The position numbers and the translations under genes are program-made. The notes under the pieces were generated by a model. It made no database searches and was not told where the DNA came from. It saw nothing but the letters and a program-made list of their open reading frames with translations. DNA of 64,000 bases from Raillietiella orientalis. Lineage: Eukaryota. Of this stretch, positions 60,101 through 64,000 are shown one piece after another; position 1 is the first letter of the stretch; each line of letters opens with the position of its first letter. The stretch spans positions 1 through 64,000 of the forward strand of contig JAYWIR010000062.1 in the NCBI GenBank assembly GCA_036172245.1, read 5' to 3'.

Positions 60101-62116
60101 GCGATTCGCAAATCAATGTAACTTTCAGCGGGCATACTGTTCACGGCGTGCCGGTGCGACGAGGGATACGGCAGGGAGACAGCCTGAGCCCCTTGCTCTT
60201 CAGCGCCTAATTCGAATTGGTGCTGATAGCGTACATGGAGACTGGCGCACCTGCCGCGCTATTGTCCAGGTACGCCTGCGGTTTCGGCATACACGGACGA
60301 CCTGCTCCAGCTTGCCGGGTCCACCCGGCTTCGGCGGTCGACGATTTCTTCGAGTTGCTGCGCCGTGGGACATGTAAACGGTGAACAGGGCGAATTCGTA
60401 GATTCCTGTATTGGACTGGTCACGGGCAGGACGGTCCGCTTGGGGATCCCCACGGGCGGGTACATCAAGTACCTTCGCGTTCCGCAAGGGAATTCTGCGC
60501 TGCAGCAAACTGGTCCGACCGTCTCCAAAAGGTGAAGTTGGCGATCGGCCCGTTCCGGGACGGCAAGCGTTACTTGCAGGAACGGGCCGCGGTGTGTTGA
60601 ACGCTTTTGCGGCCCCACTCCTTCGCTCCCTTCTTTTTGTGCCCCACACCTCCACAAATTAGGACACGGACAAGGGGTCTCATACGGAAAGCCCTCTGGA
60701 GCAATCAGAGGCCCCACTTCCGGCTTAAAGCCATGTGCGCTCCACGCAGGGACGGTGGACTTGGTGACTTGGTCTCCTGAAGTTGGAGCGCATAGAGCGC
60801 CAGCTTCAATTTAGAAAACTTGCCCTTGTGGCAAAGTATTGGACAGCAACTTGATGCGCACCGACAAGACTCCTCGCTCACAGGGAAACCGGCTGCTAGG
60901 GATTGACTCCAATCCTAGTAGCCAACGACCACAGCCTGAACCACTGTGGGTTTCAGCTGCGGGACTTGGTTACTTTGTTGAGAGACAATCCGTGGATCTC
61001 CTGCAGCCCTGCGGAGTGTACTACCTGGCTCCAGGATCCCGTTTCCGCATGGGCGAAAATCAACGGCTTCAGCGATGAGGACTTCTCCTGCCTCCGTTGA
61101 GGCAGGCACGCTGGTCAGCCACTGTAGATCGTTTGCAACCCACCGAAACTACTGTGGGCTTCCTTCACTCCCCTTGCCCCCGTGCTGTCCTCCCTCAGGG
61201 AAGTTAGGAACAGCCAACAGGAGGCATCGTGGGAAGTGTCCTGCCTCATCGGAGGAAGGAAGAATCCATTGAAGGCGTGGACGTCCCGGTAACTATCGCA
61301 CGCTAGCACCCCGAGTGTCCCGCCGAACGGACATTTACGCTGGGGCACGCTGCTCGACGTACCCCCGGAGGAGGTGAAGTGGCCCCCAGCGTCATGGGAC
61401 AACGGCACCCTTCCCCTGCAGTAGCAGGAGACGGTGTTGCTTCTGCTCCATTAGGGACTGTTAAGCAGAGCGCGCTTGTCTCACTGGAAATCGGGGAGTG
61501 TGGATGCCAATTGTGCAGAGTGCGGGAAAAGGACCTCCGTGAGATGTGGGACCGACTCTCTTCGATCCTCAACATTCCGGTCGGCGACCCCAAAAACTTA
61601 TTTAGACGCCTCTTGATGCGCTACGCCTTGCCAATCTCCAAGTGTGTAGAAGTGCTCTGTTGCATACGCGGAATCCTGGACAAGTGGATCACGTCAAGGA
61701 GAGGAAGGGCCAGTCGGAATGCCATTCACTGGGCAGCCATCTCCTTGGAAAAGGTCTGCCGTTGGCGCCGACTCAAAAAACATTTGCCGGCACTTGTTCG
61801 CATCGGAAACAGGATGCCGAGGCCTCCTAACGGCGTACCGTGATCCCCTCCTTTTCTCCTCCGCCCAAGAAACATTGCCCCTCCCAGGCGTTGTATTTTT
61901 TTTTGTTTGTTTTTTTGCCCGCCCCTGCTCAAGTGTGGACGACCTCACGTGCCTACGGGACGGTGAGGACAAGTGCCACAAGACATTCAAAACTTGTGCT
62001 GACCAGAAAAAAAACGTGTTGTTAAAGAAAAAAAAAAAGGAAACAAAACTTTATCATAGAATTTTTCTTACTGTACGCACTTTAATAATAAAAGCCCCGG
62101 CTCACCCGAGTGAAAA
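57118..62116 (+). mobile_element. Subfamily D element (5' end at the DW site), internally deleted, with a more decayed and probably chimeric 3' part
   Basis: GGACGTG at 57124, ORF1 from 57202, TAATG at 58825, deletion near 59288, RT motifs, AATAAA at 62087 plus hairpin. Confidence 0.85.
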
Positions 62117-62251
62117 ACCTGAGTCTGCTGGCAGACCCGACTGTCGTCATCAAACCGCACGCCCTTCCCGGCAGCGTTGATGCTTGCTTTCACGAAAACC
62201 GTGACCCCGCAGGTGTTGCGTGCGCCGTATTGCCAATACAACCAACCCCCG
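62117..62251 (-). mobile_element. Tx1-like EN fragment
   Basis: GGWLYWQYGARNTCGVTVFVKASINAAGKGVRFDDDSRV. Confidence 0.8.
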
Positions 62252-62265
62252 TGTATTTACAGTTG

Positions 62266-63508
62266 ATGGTAGTGTATCAGAAAAAGTAATATCGCAGCAG
62301 CACGTGAAGATGAACTAGCCGCGGCATTTAAGGAGTACAGTAATAGCTTGCCAGATATCGATGGGGATATTGAAATTGGACTCACTACAGGAACTCATGT
62401 GGATCTACCCGAAGACAAACGGCTACCTATATATCAACCAACCAATACCTGCGTAACCGTCAAAAACTTGGCAGCAGTGGCCAACGGTTGGCTTTACAGT
62501 TCCAAACAGTATAAAGACGCACATTTAACCCTTATGATCAACGGGATATACGCTCTGCTAACATATGACATGATCAGATTCCGATCTGTGAACGGTGTGC
62601 TATTGCCCGATGGTGATTGGCGGCCGACACCTCAAAGATATGACTTAACCCCTGCCCATAGAGCGTCTAGCCAATCGGCTCTCCACCAACAATTGGCAAC
62701 TAACTGTATGGTGTCAGTCATAGCTACCAAGGTTTCCTGGTGGTTAACTAATCACCACACTGGTGTGCGGAAGGACAATACTCGAGGAGCTGGATATCCG
62801 CTCAAAGTTTGGCGCTCATTATTCGCACGTTCACCCTTGTCTGAACAGAAGGGTATGGCTGTAGCGCATACACTTGCACATTTCTGTAGCACGCTTCAAG
62901 TGCTCGAGTTGGCTGGCTTTAATCACACGATAGAGTCGGTGCCTCTTACTGTACATGGACCCACCTTCAAACCAGTCATAATATCTCAAGATGCACTGCT
63001 AAGATTCTTATCCCCGCCTGCTGGAACCCACAGGCATGCAGTCGCCTATCAAGCATTCAAACGCTTAGTTGACTGGGCCCAGGCGGCTCATTGCCCTGAC
63101 ATCGAAAACATGTTGTTTCTGGGAGAGGCGTATATAGGCATTATGCTCAATGAAAAATTCTACCACATAGGTGCAAGATACTTGACCGGCCAAGCTCGCA
63201 CAAATTTCAATGATTCAGACGCCAATTCAACTTTAGGGCGACTTGGATCTTTTATGTTAAACGTGCACCCGAAATCGACCTTCTGTCTTTCACGCCATAT
63301 GACTCAGCAAGCCATCGAGTCAAAAGAAGACTTTTGACCCGAGTGGGAAGCCTTTTGCTCAAAAGTTCCGAAAGAACTTTCGCTTAGACCTATAGAAATG
63401 ATAATCCCAACTCTAGGAACTGATCGTGTGGCGGACATTAGATCGAAGCTATACGCGGCTATCCGGACTTTTGAGCATAGGCTTCCCCGGGCTGACAGCC
63501 CAGGCTGA
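62266..63508 (+). pseudogene. Endogenous viral element: probable qinvirus-like (Qinviridae) nucleoprotein
   Basis: Intronless, lower GC than the flanks. Motifs ATKVSWWLTNHHTG, PAGT, YHIGARYLTG, LGRLGSF..HPKST..SRH recalled from qinvirus second-segment proteins. Open 62273-63337 and continues 56 codons after a TGA. Probable frameshift after ATG 62266. Confidence 0.6.
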
Positions 63509-63660
63509 GACAGCACGAGGTGTTTCCCGCAGCTGAGCCTATGCATTAGAAGAACGACCAACTCTCCCCAGTTGTGTTGCCTTCCCATATTTGTGACTTC
63601 ATACATAATGACTAATTGAATAAAGTTTGCTTGAGTTTTTTTAAAAAAGAACAAAACAAA

Positions 63661-64000
63661 ACAGGCCGCGATATGGAACACCTTTGTTGCCCCCCTCTTG
63701 CGCCCTCTGCTTTTTGTTTTCCCGCCCCCCTACTCGGCCAAGCTCCAGGCGCACAGCCTGTTGAGGAACGCTCTGTGTGACCTGCGAGGTCCAGGATCCG
63801 CCTGAAAGACTTGGCGGATCCGCGTCGGGATGCTAGCTTAGGCATCCCGACGCTGGACAGAATCGAGCTGCAGGTGCAGCTTCGGATGTTGGCCCTGTGC
63901 GCCGACCTATGGTCCACTCCGTGGTGCGCTCCCGCGCGCCTGCTCCTGCGGCGCTGCACCGGCAGCGATGGACTTCTGTCGCTGCGGCCGCATACGGAGC
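63661..64000 (+). mobile_element. Tx1-like ORF2 post-RT fragment
   Basis: AAIWNTFVAPLLRPLLFV. Closely similar to 2145-2488. Confidence 0.9.

Noticed and set aside
62005..62048. Poly(A) tail marking an element end
   Set aside because: The conserved AATAAA-hairpin terminus lies downstream at 62087-62116. The A-tract is internal to the 3' UTR and its origin is unclear.

Overview
Eukaryotic, probably ecdysozoan (nematode or arthropod), repeat-saturated DNA. About 90% of the window is a nested, strand-alternating pile of GC-rich Tx1/L1-clade non-LTR retrotransposons. Each has an ORF1 with CCHC knuckles and an ORF2 with APE endonuclease, RT and a C-terminal zinc finger. Units are about 5.6-5.9 kb and every ORF2 is disrupted. 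Most striking: the elements insert into one another, mostly antisense, and individual subfamilies (my labels G, K, A, D) recur at their own fixed codon positions of the host ORF2 (the GFG, KAFD, AKLL and DW sites), with 13-18 bp TSDs where both ends survive. They carry a 5' GGACGTG (DPE-like) motif. For K and D the matching initiator lies in the target sequence at +28 spacing. They end in AATAAA plus a conserved hairpin with no poly(A). Also present: a decayed NeSL/Utopia-type (RLE) retrotransposon (~4.1-6.0 kb), a small AT-rich island with possible host exons and TTAGG-like repeats, and a probable endogenous qinvirus-like nucleoprotein gene (~62.25-63.66 kb). All assignments come from reading motifs by eye; no searches were run.
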